This document shows positions 19,634 through 29,237 of a stretch of 64,000 nt of DNA, in pieces. How positions within the stretch are numbered: position 1 is the first letter of the stretch; each line of letters opens with the position of its first letter. This DNA is from an uncultured virus (IMG/VR IMGVR_UViG_3300010938_000026) (taxonomy: Duplodnaviria > Heunggongvirae > Uroviricota > Caudoviricetes), in IMG/VR virus record IMGVR_UViG_3300010938_000026; one strand, given 5' to 3'. The notes beneath the pieces were generated by a model. The model did not search any database, was not told where the DNA came from, and worked only from the letters and a program-made list of their open reading frames with translations. The translations under genes were made by a program, and so were the position numbers.

Positions 19634-20544
19634 TCCGTAACGCCAACACGATATGCGTAGTGCCAACTACTCGGGGACTGATCTCAGAAACAGGTCAACC
19701 GCTCGATGTAGATTTACTCATCGCACAGCCGCCTGAAGCGGTGTACACAGTCGCGGCAGTTGAATCGCTCCCTTTCTACGAGCGGTGTTATGAAATCGGA
19801 TTGCCGGTTTACGTCTGTTCGCCGCAGTTAGTGCAGCGGAAATCCGTGACGTCCATTGTGATGCTGCTGAAGAACCTGCGTATCTCCTCAATGATTGGAG
19901 GTTTTCGGCGGCTCACGCAGGATGATATGCATTTACTTCGGTTGCGTCTCTGGCTGGAGACGGTAACATTAAACGGTGCGCCTTGCTGGGAAACACCGGT
20001 TTCATGCCTGGTGACACCGATTAAGCGTATGCCGGTATTCCAGCGAATGAGGTACGTGTCATCCCTCAATGAGGATCAACTGGCTAAAGTCCTGGCGTAT
20101 GCCATTGATCCGCGATGGTTTAGCTACCCGGAAATTTCTCCGGAACGCTTCCAGCGGTACTTCAAGATTGGACCACATCGTCGAGCTGTCATTAAACCGT
20201 TAGACGAGCGATATCATGCTGCATCATCGGCTTGGTATTCTGCTTCACAGGCAGAATTACTCAAGTCCCTAAAAGGTTATATCCGTAATCTATCGCCTCG
20301 CGATTACTTCATGCGGGAATGGTATAAGAATTACCTTTTGCATGACACAGGGAAAGCTATCACAAAAGTAACGAAGAAATTCCTTACTTTCCTCTATTAC
20401 GTGTGGATGGATACCGTGTGCGAGGTGCCGGAAGGAATCTTTGTCCCTGAACGTTTCTTTGGCGACAATAAACAGGACCTCGAAGCATGGCAACAATGGA
20501 ACAGCGAGTTACTGTTAAAATCCGAGGGTCGTGGCTGCTCGTAG
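19630..20544 (+). CDS. IS110/Piv-family-like (RuvC-like plus Tnp/Nop-like domain) protein, apparently degenerate
   Basis: VAAVESLPFYERCYEIGLPVYVCSP, LAKVLAYAIDPRWF...FQRYFKIGP and YKNYLLHDTGKAITKVTKKFLTFLYYVW follow the IS110 motif order; KTD..DA and the catalytic SG are not visible. Confidence 0.45.
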   Translation: MIRNANTICVVPTTRGLISETGQPLDVDLLIAQPPEAVYTVAAVESLPFYERCYEIGLPVYVCSPQLVQRKSVTSIVMLLKNLRISSMIGGFRRLTQDDMHLLRLRLWLETVTLNGAPCWETPVSCLVTPIKRMPVFQRMRYVSSLNEDQLAKVLAYAIDPRWFSYPEISPERFQRYFKIGPHRRAVIKPLDERYHAASSAWYSASQAELLKSLKGYIRNLSPRDYFMREWYKNYLLHDTGKAITKVTKKFLTFLYYVWMDTVCEVPEGIFVPERFFGDNKQDLEAWQQWNSELLLKSEGRGCS

Positions 20545-21998
20545 AAAACATCCCCGATCAGATTTATCCGCAATTCACTAGCGCGCTATCATACGACAAG
20601 ACAGTATATGACTACACAGCGAACTTCCGTGGTGGTAGTATTTCTGCTTCCCAGGTGCGCATAGCCTGCTATAAGAGTCTCCATAAGGATAATCAACCCA
20701 AAGCGATATTGACGCGAGCAGGCTTCCTTACACGTGTCGCTTCGCTGCTTGAAAAGAATAAAGTTCCATTTGATGTGCAGGACCTTTCCACGAATATTGG
20801 TAAATACTTCGTCAATTTAGACGCACTGGAAGGGTACGAATTACGTGATCAACAGGCAGACTGCTTAAAGCAGATTCTGCTCAATAGGGGTGGCATAATC
20901 AAAGCCGCGACTGGTTATGGCAAAACATTTCTAATTCCGCTGATATGCAAAGTTTTCAGCGAAGCTACCATCCATATTGTGACCAAACGTAAGGACGTAG
21001 CTCGCAGTATTGTGCGAGAATGCACATCACATGATGTGAAAGTCGGTCTGATAACATCAGGTCAACCATCTACACCGGGTCGCATTCTTGTCTGTACGGC
21101 TGGTAGTCTGGACAGGACTAAATACGATGCCGATTTGGTTATCTTGGACGAATGTCACGAACTAGTAACGCCACATTACTTAGAAAAGCTGATGCGCTAT
21201 AAAAACGCGCGCTTTTATGGATTTTCAGCTACAGCGGAAGAACGGGCAGATAATGCACATTTCCATCTGGAGCAACTCTGCGGGCCGGTGATATACCGTG
21301 CCGAGTATAAGGAAGTGTGCAAGGAAGGCAATATCGTGCCCATTGTAATCCAGTGGATTCGTGTGCCAGCAGCAGGGGGTATACCTGCGTCCTCACAAAT
21401 GCCCTTTCATTATTTGCGCAAAGCATTGCGCAACAATGCACAGCGTAACAAAACGATCGTTGACGTTGCGCGCAAGTATAAGGACAGCGGTAACCAAGTC
21501 CTGATTATTACGAAAACTGTAGAACATGCATTGCTCCTTGCACGAGACCTACCAGAATTTGAGCTGTGCTGTGGTACATTGACGGATAAGCATCTTCGCA
21601 CGGCCCAGCGTTATCAGATGGATCTGAGCAAACTGCGCCAGAACATAAAGAATCGCAATGATTTAGCCATGGCGTTCCGCAACCGTAGCATCATGGGGGC
21701 TATTGCTACAGAAATCTGGACCACTGGTGTTAGCTTCGATGACTTGGAAGTCCTTATCCGAGCTGATGCTGATACCAGCAAGATTTCAACAGCACAGGTT
21801 CCTGGCCGTGTTTGCCGGCTGCCTCAGAAGACCGACAAGGCATTTGGCTTGGTCGTGGACTTCATTGATGAATTCCACACACAGCTATACGCGCGCTCTC
21901 TGGCGCGTTACCGCACCTACAAAAAGATGGGATGGACGCAATGCGACGAAAATCTGCAACCCATAAGCTCCTTTCCGCGCATTTACACGAAAATTTAA
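20487..21998 (+). CDS. Superfamily 2 helicase (UvsW/ResIII-like)
   Basis: AATGYGKT, DECH, FSAT, TGVSFDDL, QVPGRVCR. Confidence 0.92.
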   Translation: MATMEQRVTVKIRGSWLLVENIPDQIYPQFTSALSYDKTVYDYTANFRGGSISASQVRIACYKSLHKDNQPKAILTRAGFLTRVASLLEKNKVPFDVQDLSTNIGKYFVNLDALEGYELRDQQADCLKQILLNRGGIIKAATGYGKTFLIPLICKVFSEATIHIVTKRKDVARSIVRECTSHDVKVGLITSGQPSTPGRILVCTAGSLDRTKYDADLVILDECHELVTPHYLEKLMRYKNARFYGFSATAEERADNAHFHLEQLCGPVIYRAEYKEVCKEGNIVPIVIQWIRVPAAGGIPASSQMPFHYLRKALRNNAQRNKTIVDVARKYKDSGNQVLIITKTVEHALLLARDLPEFELCCGTLTDKHLRTAQRYQMDLSKLRQNIKNRNDLAMAFRNRSIMGAIATEIWTTGVSFDDLEVLIRADADTSKISTAQVPGRVCRLPQKTDKAFGLVVDFIDEFHTQLYARSLARYRTYKKMGWTQCDENLQPISSFPRIYTKI

Positions 21999-22576
21999 TC
22001 ACGCGATTAAAATTCTCATACGCGTTACACATGGCTGTGCGTGACGAGAACCGTGTCGTGCGCACAGCAGATCCAGACGTCAAGTGGAAAACAGATAATT
22101 CATTCTTGCTGCTGGCCGAAAGGCTACAACGGCAACAGAAGGCCCATGATCCAGAAGGTATTGTGCAAAGCGGCTTTGATGAATTTCCGAAGGGCCGGGT
22201 TTATCCAAACATGCTCCTGAGTGACCGGGTGCTCGCGCGTTATGAGCGCGATTTACCCGGCCGTCTGGAGCGACTTAAAGTCATATTCAAGGTTCACTAC
22301 GAAACCCTGCTGAGTCGTGTCCCGTTGTACACGGACCCAGATCTCACAAGGGAAGACGTCTTGCCGTTATTCGAGAGTATCCACCCCATAATGGCGTGGT
22401 GGGCTGCGAAGGAATTTTTAAGTGGTGGCGAGGACCTTGAAGACTTATTCTGGAATGCTAGGCTCGCATTTCGATTGTGGCCATTCGGTTACTTGACTCA
22501 CCCTGGATGGAAGCAACTGGTGATCGAAGGATGTCTCTATGAGCTTCAACCTTCCGAATCAGGAAGTCCCACGTGA
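21932..22576 (+). CDS. Hypothetical protein (start uncertain)
   Basis: ORF filling the gap between the two helicases. Confidence 0.6.
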   Translation: MDAMRRKSATHKLLSAHLHENLITRLKFSYALHMAVRDENRVVRTADPDVKWKTDNSFLLLAERLQRQQKAHDPEGIVQSGFDEFPKGRVYPNMLLSDRVLARYERDLPGRLERLKVIFKVHYETLLSRVPLYTDPDLTREDVLPLFESIHPIMAWWAAKEFLSGGEDLEDLFWNARLAFRLWPFGYLTHPGWKQLVIEGCLYELQPSESGSPT

Positions 22577-24074
22577 CTGGATCACCTTGGTGATTGCAGC
22601 CGCGTGTTTAGATAAAGACTTATATGCACAACTGCAGACTAAACTCCGCCGGGAATACATTCCGATGAACGCCATGGTCGAAGAGCAGACCTGGCGGTTG
22701 CTCCAGGATTTTCACGCGCGATACGGTACGTTACCATCCCCCGAGATTCTCAAGGCGGAATTATCGCGCTACGCCGCAAGTGCCGAGCTGGACCAGGAAA
22801 GTGTCAACGACTTCTTGGATGTATATGACGGGCTACGCGAGAACTATGATGAAACTGCGAAAAATTATGTCTGGTACGCAGCCGAACAATGGCTCCTGAT
22901 GTCAGGGGTCATTCAACCACTTAAACAGGCGAACCTGGAACCAGGTCAAGCTGACCTACACAGCGTCATCACTGACTGTTACGAAAAGTCCTCCCAGCTC
23001 CGCCTGGAAAAGCTACGAACATCGAGTCTGGCAGACTATTTAATGAGCTCTGAGGGCATTTCCGAGCTCATACCGACGGGCGTTACATTCATTGATGAAC
23101 GCATTGGCGGAGGCTTCTTGGGAGGTGAAGTGGCACTTCTGCTAGGCCCGACCAAAGGCGGGAAGACCACCATAGGGTTACAGATAGCGGCCGATAGCGC
23201 GATGCGTACTTTAACCTCGTCAGATAAGCGCCTGACCGCTTTCATTGGCTATGAAGACGACGGTCATACTGTGGCCATGCGAGTGCTATCATATCTGGCC
23301 CGGATTCCCCGGGACCGCCTCCTGCGGCAGGGACGCAGGATTCTGGAAAACCAAGATAGCGTCACTCCGGAGGACTTCGAGGTCATGGTCAGTGAAGGCC
23401 GCACGGTCACAACAGAGGGTGCCAGACTTCAGGCTGCTCTACAGGTGAGTGAATCGCTGAAGTTAGTAGACTTTTCCGGACGTTCAACTGGTGCTACATC
23501 CGTAGGCTGCGGCGGAGTTGATGAAATCGTCCAAGCATTAAAGCTCAACGACCCGGATCAACGTGGTTATAAGCTCATCATCATAGACTGGGCCGGAATC
23601 ATGGCGACACGTTACCTGATGGCTCGTAACTCCCGCGATACGCAGCGGGACTTGGCGCTTTACCTGAGATCATTACCAGATGAGTTGCACCGCAAAGTGG
23701 CAGCGCCATACGGTGCCGCCGTGATCCTGATCCATCAGCTTGCCGGTGCGGCCAATAAACACAGTCCGGTTTCAGATGTAGGTTTCACTGAGGCCGAAAA
23801 CTGCAAAAGTATGGCCTTTCTTGCATGGTTCTCCATGGTCTTACGTAAACCTGACCCGGTAACGCGCGTCAGTCTGTTCGATGTAGAGGTAGCTCGCCGC
23901 TGCGAGAAAACTGAACCGGCCATCGTCAAACTACACGGTGAGTACGGATACTTTGAGGATGTCAGCCGGTACTATATTGTGGACAGAACCACGAAACGGA
24001 TTTTGCAACGTGATGAATATCTGGATGGACTCCGGCAGGCAGCTGATCGGCGCGACGACAGGTTCAACTTATGA
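22539..24074 (+). CDS. dnaB: Replicative DnaB-like helicase
   Basis: PTGVTFIDERIGGG, Walker A GPTKGGKT, IGYED, IIIDW, IHQL. Confidence 0.9.
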   Translation: MSFNLPNQEVPRDWITLVIAAACLDKDLYAQLQTKLRREYIPMNAMVEEQTWRLLQDFHARYGTLPSPEILKAELSRYAASAELDQESVNDFLDVYDGLRENYDETAKNYVWYAAEQWLLMSGVIQPLKQANLEPGQADLHSVITDCYEKSSQLRLEKLRTSSLADYLMSSEGISELIPTGVTFIDERIGGGFLGGEVALLLGPTKGGKTTIGLQIAADSAMRTLTSSDKRLTAFIGYEDDGHTVAMRVLSYLARIPRDRLLRQGRRILENQDSVTPEDFEVMVSEGRTVTTEGARLQAALQVSESLKLVDFSGRSTGATSVGCGGVDEIVQALKLNDPDQRGYKLIIIDWAGIMATRYLMARNSRDTQRDLALYLRSLPDELHRKVAAPYGAAVILIHQLAGAANKHSPVSDVGFTEAENCKSMAFLAWFSMVLRKPDPVTRVSLFDVEVARRCEKTEPAIVKLHGEYGYFEDVSRYYIVDRTTKRILQRDEYLDGLRQAADRRDDRFNL

Positions 24075-25171
24075 GTCCATTAAATCCTCGGCTTTTCCAA
24101 AGGCTTATGCAGAAGTTTGGCTCCGTCACCATTTACCGCTCCGGCGAGTCAGGACGGTGGATGATGACGAATGGTCGAGTGGAGGTTGCAGATTGGGGAG
24201 AATGCTATGCTGTAAACTGCCCGCTCTGTGGGGACCAGAAGAAGCATTTGTGGATAAGTCATCTCTGGGGAACAACTGTCGGCGGGAAAACCGTATTTCC
24301 TGCCATGTGCTATCGCCGGCAGTGCCTGAGCGATCGCGAGAAATGGAAAAAACTATTCCACGCACTCAGGGATAACGCCCGGCTCACGGTGCGCGCCCAA
24401 GCGGTCCAAGTGACCAAGATTGAGTTACAGCCCATTGAGCTTCCAGCAGGGGCCATTCCCCTTCATGCTTTGGCAGACGACCACCCGGCCATTGAATACG
24501 TCAGGCAACGTGGTTTTGACCCTGTCTGGCTCTACAAGCATTTCAAGGTGCATGTCTTTGAATGGGCACATCCCGATTTCGGCGGCCGCATCTTAATCCC
24601 CGTCATCGTTCGCGGTCAAATAGTCGGGTGGCAAGCTAGAACCTACATCAATGACCGGACGAAATATCTTTCTGCACCAGGCGTCAAGCTTCACGCGACA
24701 CTTTATAACATTGATTTGGCAGAAAGGGCAGACCTTATCGTCATCGTTGAAGGCATGATCGACGCCTGGAGGGTATGCCAGCTGGAAAATGTAGTCGGCG
24801 TGTCCCTATTCGGTAAAAGCATGTCAATTCACCAGGCCGAAATCGTATCCCGTTGGCTCAAGAACGGTAAAATAGTCTGCGTATGTCTTGACGCTGATGC
24901 GCATGCGGAACAGGACAAGATTTGCAAGGCGCTGCCGGAAGTACATCCCATCAATTTGACTGAGGGTGATCCAGATGAGAACCTCGACGAAGTCTGCGAG
25001 AAGCTCTGCACAATTCTCGAAACCATACGTGCCGGTATCGGACGATCTACTCGAAATGAGTGTCAACCGGACACTGGAACATTATGCCCGCCAGAGTCCA
25101 GTCAATCGCGACAAAACATTCCGCGAGCTAATACCGGTATACCACGGTATTTATCACCATCTGCTTCATAA
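24071..25171 (+). CDS. dnaG: DNA primase (Zn finger plus TOPRIM)
   Basis: CPLCGD...H...C; EYVRQRG; RILIPV...VGWQAR; KYL; IVEGMIDA; LDAD. Confidence 0.9.
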   Translation: MSPLNPRLFQRLMQKFGSVTIYRSGESGRWMMTNGRVEVADWGECYAVNCPLCGDQKKHLWISHLWGTTVGGKTVFPAMCYRRQCLSDREKWKKLFHALRDNARLTVRAQAVQVTKIELQPIELPAGAIPLHALADDHPAIEYVRQRGFDPVWLYKHFKVHVFEWAHPDFGGRILIPVIVRGQIVGWQARTYINDRTKYLSAPGVKLHATLYNIDLAERADLIVIVEGMIDAWRVCQLENVVGVSLFGKSMSIHQAEIVSRWLKNGKIVCVCLDADAHAEQDKICKALPEVHPINLTEGDPDENLDEVCEKLCTILETIRAGIGRSTRNECQPDTGTLCPPESSQSRQNIPRANTGIPRYLSPSAS

Positions 25172-27848
25172 TGTACAGGACCTGACCGTAGTCTATAAAA
25201 CAGGTCTCATGCAGCACGGCCGCAGCATTCCCGGTCACTTCTACCGACCTGAATACTACAAAATCTCATCGGCACGATTCAATTTACCTGTATATGAGAC
25301 TGACGTGGAATGCGGGCCGCAAGCCATGGAAGGGATGACACTATTCATTATGGGAAAAAGCCCCGGAGAAGAAGAAGCAATCAATAAACGCAACTTTTGC
25401 GGCCCGGTCGGTCGGGATGCTATCGCGCTCCTTCAGAACGAAGGCTTATTTGAGCTCTTTGCGAATGTCTACGTCACTAACTTCTGTAAATGGACCATGA
25501 AAATCCCGGGCGATTCCGTGCTGCGGGATAACTGCAAAGAATGCTTACCGCTGCTGTACAATGAGATCGCTATTGTTCGCCCGCAGGTCATCATCTATTT
25601 CGGCTCCCCGGGGCTCCTCAGCGCAATGCGCAGGGTGATTCAGTTTGACCAGAAAAAGATTAGCACAGGTGACATAATTCCATTTGAAATCACGTTACCT
25701 GACGGAGAAACCCACCAAGGTTTGTTCGTCTGTCTGTCGTTTAGTTTAAGTACCACGATTCGGGGTTACGTGAAACGCCTGTACCATTTCTTGACCACGG
25801 GCGATTTGGAAAACACAGATGAGGAGAGCTATAAGGTCATCACCAACGCCAGCGCACTCAAGACACTCGTCGACGCAATCGAAGCGCAAGGCATTACGCG
25901 CATCGCCCTCGACTCTGAATGGTATGGCCGCTATGGGGACAAAGGTAGCTGGCTACGCTGTTTGCAGCTGGGACTGCCGCAGCCTGTGGAGGGTGCATCC
26001 GAACACATAATCGCCCTGCGGGACGAAGCAGGTAATCCCCACTTCCCGGACGAAACAGAAGTGGGCCAGATTCTCAGTCGTGTTCTTCTTAAACCAGGTG
26101 TGACAATCATTGGGTCATTCATTTTCACTGACTCAGTATGGCTAAAAGATATTGGTCTAGACCTGAAACCCAAGTTCGTCGAAACCATAGAAAGTCGAGG
26201 ACGTACCGGGATATTCGACGTGGCTATGGCCGCGAAAGCCACGGACGAATACCTGGAGCTCGACTTGTGCAAGCTAGCTAGCGTGTTTCTGGGTGCGATG
26301 GCCTGGGACGGCGAAATCGCGGAATGGGTAAGTCAGCAAGACACCAGCATGTTCGGACATGCCCCGGCACGGATACTCTTCCCATACGCCGCGAAGGACG
26401 TTAAATACTCGCTCCTGCTGGAGCAGGCTATTCGTAAACCACTGGAGCGGGACAAATTCGGCAATAACTGTTACCCTGCGTACCTTAATAACATGCGCAT
26501 GTGTGCTGCAGTATGTGAAATGATGCGGTACGGGCTTAAGGTGGACAGGAAACGATTGGAGGACATGCGGCAAAAGTTCACCGTAGCCCGGGAACGCTTG
26601 CTCGCTGAAGTACGTGCCGACCTGAATTGGCCTGACTTCGATCCTGGCAAAACTCAGCACTTAATTGCGGCATTATTTAATGAAGGGTACCTGCAGAAGA
26701 AGGTTGCCCCTGAAGGTGCAAAGTCCTTGCACCTCTCCCCAATTAAACCCACTAATAAGCGCTACCGCTCATGGGACGCTATCCCTGCGTCCGAACGACC
26801 ATTCGCTACGCCGTGTGTAGATAAAGAGGTGTGCGGCATTTTGGCCGAGAAGCATCCCGTCGCGGCTAAAATCCGAGACCTCGGCATTTTCAAACACGTG
26901 CTGACCAACATATTTGGCACACGCGGCTTAGAGACGCACATCTGCGACGATGGCCGGGTCAGGTCATTCATCGCGCCGACCACAGAATCTGGACGGTGCA
27001 GTAGCTCGCGTCCTAATGTACAGAATTTCAGTAATAAGAGGGACGCAGACTACAGTCGTCTCTGTGGCACAGAAATCAAAATGCGGGCATTCTTGGTAGC
27101 AGAACCAGGCTATGACTTCGTCGAATGTGACTTTGTGGCCGCCGAGCTCATGCTACTGGCCGTAATGGCAAACGATCCGACCCTGCTGGAGCACTGCCTT
27201 CGTTCTGCTCTACCTGATGACGACCCGGACTATTTCGACATTCATAGTTACATCGCGGTCCATACGTTTGGCTTTGACTGTGAGCCGACAAAGAAGGGGC
27301 TCGCCTCCATAGGAAAAAGCCATTTCAGGGTCGTCAGCAAATCCGTCATCTATGGCCTCAACTACGGGCGGGGTGCGCCTGCCATTCGAGAGGCGTTAAA
27401 GGCAGAAGGTATTCACATAGAACTTCACGAAGTAGAAGCCATCATGGATCGCATATTCCAAACCTATTCCCGGGTTCCCAGCCTGTTGGACCAGTTACGC
27501 AAAGTTGTCTACGATCCCGGGTTCCAAGTTAATTACTTCGGTCGTTGCCGCCGGTTCATAAGAAGCAACGACCAACGCCGGATGCAGGACCAAGAGCGGG
27601 AATCGTTGAATTTCCCGTTCCAGTCGATGACGGCGGATTGCTTGGATATACTAACCTATAAGCTCTATACGCACCCTGAGAAGGAACGCCTGGGCTACCG
27701 TATCTTAGCCCCGGTTCATGACGCCCTCTGGATTGAATGTCTGAAGGAACAGACAGGAACGCTCATCGACCTGATCCATGAAACCACTGCAATGGTTACA
27801 TTCCGNNNNNNNNNNTCCGTCAATGGGATACATATGGTAGAGCTGTAG
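24966..27848 (+). CDS. polA: Family A DNA polymerase with N-terminal UDG-like and 3'-5' exonuclease domains (start uncertain; C-terminus crosses an N gap)
   Basis: UDG-like GKSPGEEE...FCGPVG...YVTNFCK; ExoI ALDSEW; ExoIII YAAKD; TESGRCSSSRPNVQN; motif A DFVAAELMLLA; motif B RVVSKSVIYGLNYG; motif C VHDAL. Confidence 0.93.
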   Translation: MIQMRTSTKSARSSAQFSKPYVPVSDDLLEMSVNRTLEHYARQSPVNRDKTFRELIPVYHGIYHHLLHNVQDLTVVYKTGLMQHGRSIPGHFYRPEYYKISSARFNLPVYETDVECGPQAMEGMTLFIMGKSPGEEEAINKRNFCGPVGRDAIALLQNEGLFELFANVYVTNFCKWTMKIPGDSVLRDNCKECLPLLYNEIAIVRPQVIIYFGSPGLLSAMRRVIQFDQKKISTGDIIPFEITLPDGETHQGLFVCLSFSLSTTIRGYVKRLYHFLTTGDLENTDEESYKVITNASALKTLVDAIEAQGITRIALDSEWYGRYGDKGSWLRCLQLGLPQPVEGASEHIIALRDEAGNPHFPDETEVGQILSRVLLKPGVTIIGSFIFTDSVWLKDIGLDLKPKFVETIESRGRTGIFDVAMAAKATDEYLELDLCKLASVFLGAMAWDGEIAEWVSQQDTSMFGHAPARILFPYAAKDVKYSLLLEQAIRKPLERDKFGNNCYPAYLNNMRMCAAVCEMMRYGLKVDRKRLEDMRQKFTVARERLLAEVRADLNWPDFDPGKTQHLIAALFNEGYLQKKVAPEGAKSLHLSPIKPTNKRYRSWDAIPASERPFATPCVDKEVCGILAEKHPVAAKIRDLGIFKHVLTNIFGTRGLETHICDDGRVRSFIAPTTESGRCSSSRPNVQNFSNKRDADYSRLCGTEIKMRAFLVAEPGYDFVECDFVAAELMLLAVMANDPTLLEHCLRSALPDDDPDYFDIHSYIAVHTFGFDCEPTKKGLASIGKSHFRVVSKSVIYGLNYGRGAPAIREALKAEGIHIELHEVEAIMDRIFQTYSRVPSLLDQLRKVVYDPGFQVNYFGRCRRFIRSNDQRRMQDQERESLNFPFQSMTADCLDILTYKLYTHPEKERLGYRILAPVHDALWIECLKEQTGTLIDLIHETTAMVTFXXXXSVNGIHMVEL

Positions 27849-27899
27849 GTGACAAGGAGTTTGCGTTAAGTATGTCTGTCTCAGTCAAAGGAGAAAAGG

Positions 27900-29237
27900 A
27901 TGCCTAGAGAATTACGACCGTCTCAGAATCCGGCACCAGCGGCACCGAGCGCAGGACTCTCCAAGTACAAGGAGCTGATCCTTGACCAGCGCAAGGCACG
28001 GCGGCTTTTGTTCCGCCCGAGCTGGGATTTCACGATCCTGCTATTCCGTCCGCTACCCATCTTCGACCCCAAGACTAATAGCTTCACTCCATACAAAGAC
28101 GGCGACATGTACGGTAAATGGTTGGGGTCAGATTTCGTGATTGGCCAAGTGAGCAGCGGCTTTCGCACCGGTAAATGCGTATTGAAACATCAGTGCGAAG
28201 GTACGGATGTGCTGGATCAATCCCCGATTTACATTCTGGCACAACAGCTCGGCTTGTACGATCGGGCCAAACAAGCTCTGGCCAACAACAAGCGTGATGT
28301 CTTTGAGCAACTCAAACCCCAACTGCTTCCCAAAGTTTGGTCGCTGTATCAACAGGATTCATTAACACAGGTCCGCGTTAAACCAGCCAGCTTCGTGCAG
28401 GCCGTTGTCTATGCCGTCAAGTCACAACCCATCCCAGCAGGGAAGGGGCTGTATGACGATGATTTAGCTCCAGTAGTCATCCTGGAGGGTTCGGCACAAA
28501 CCGCGCTGATTGAAGCTCTCCAGCCTCAGAACCCGAGCGAGCCGGAAGCAGACGCCATTGATCCGGCAGCAGGCCGATTGATTGAGATCGGACGTAAAGG
28601 CTATGACCGCCGGAGCTGGTTTCCGACTTCCGGAGCACCGGATTCCAACTACTTCGCAGCCCGAGCCTTTGTCAAATACGGTGCTAATCCGGTAATCTCG
28701 GCCGCGCTGGGCAATGATGCGCGTATCTTGGAATTGCTGAAACTCAAGACCACGCCATGGGACAACATGTTTGTCCTGCTGGATGAGAAAGAGCAGATGG
28801 ATTTGCTCGTCTGGTCCGGCGCCAATCCGGCTTACATTTATCTGCTCTTGGGCGACCTGTTTACCATCCCCGACATCATTACCAAGGCCGCGCAAAGGAC
28901 TTTGGGGCAGCCAGTGACAGTGCCCGAGGTACCACAGGCACCTCAGCCCGTCGCACAGCCAGCGCCTCAAGTACCGGAGCCTGAAGTCACCTCTCCGCCG
29001 TGGGATGAGGAGGCATCATCCGCGACGCCCGACGCGGAAGTTGAAACGGAGGTACTCAACGCAGCTCAGCAGCACATCGCTGAGATGGTAACCCCAGCTG
29101 CGCCGGAGCCCGCCCCGACTCCCGCACCACAGCAGGCAAAACCGGCAGCAAAACCTGCACCAGCCGGAGTTGCAGGCCAACTCAATGAGGCCAAGCTGGA
29201 CGAGTACATTAACAAGTTGAAGAGGCGTAAGGCATGA
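27900..29237 (+). CDS. Hypothetical replication protein with Pro/Ala-rich tail (SSB-like by position)
   Basis: AAAGGAG SD; lies between the polymerase and the recombinase; FRPLP motif as in gp32-like SSBs. Confidence 0.45.
   Translation: MPRELRPSQNPAPAAPSAGLSKYKELILDQRKARRLLFRPSWDFTILLFRPLPIFDPKTNSFTPYKDGDMYGKWLGSDFVIGQVSSGFRTGKCVLKHQCEGTDVLDQSPIYILAQQLGLYDRAKQALANNKRDVFEQLKPQLLPKVWSLYQQDSLTQVRVKPASFVQAVVYAVKSQPIPAGKGLYDDDLAPVVILEGSAQTALIEALQPQNPSEPEADAIDPAAGRLIEIGRKGYDRRSWFPTSGAPDSNYFAARAFVKYGANPVISAALGNDARILELLKLKTTPWDNMFVLLDEKEQMDLLVWSGANPAYIYLLLGDLFTIPDIITKAAQRTLGQPVTVPEVPQAPQPVAQPAPQVPEPEVTSPPWDEEASSATPDAEVETEVLNAAQQHIAEMVTPAAPEPAPTPAPQQAKPAAKPAPAGVAGQLNEAKLDEYINKLKRRKA

Noticed and set aside
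27806..27848. Truncated or pseudogenised DNA polymerase C-terminus
   Set aside because: The end follows a 10-N gap, so frame and length are unreliable; all catalytic motifs precede the gap.
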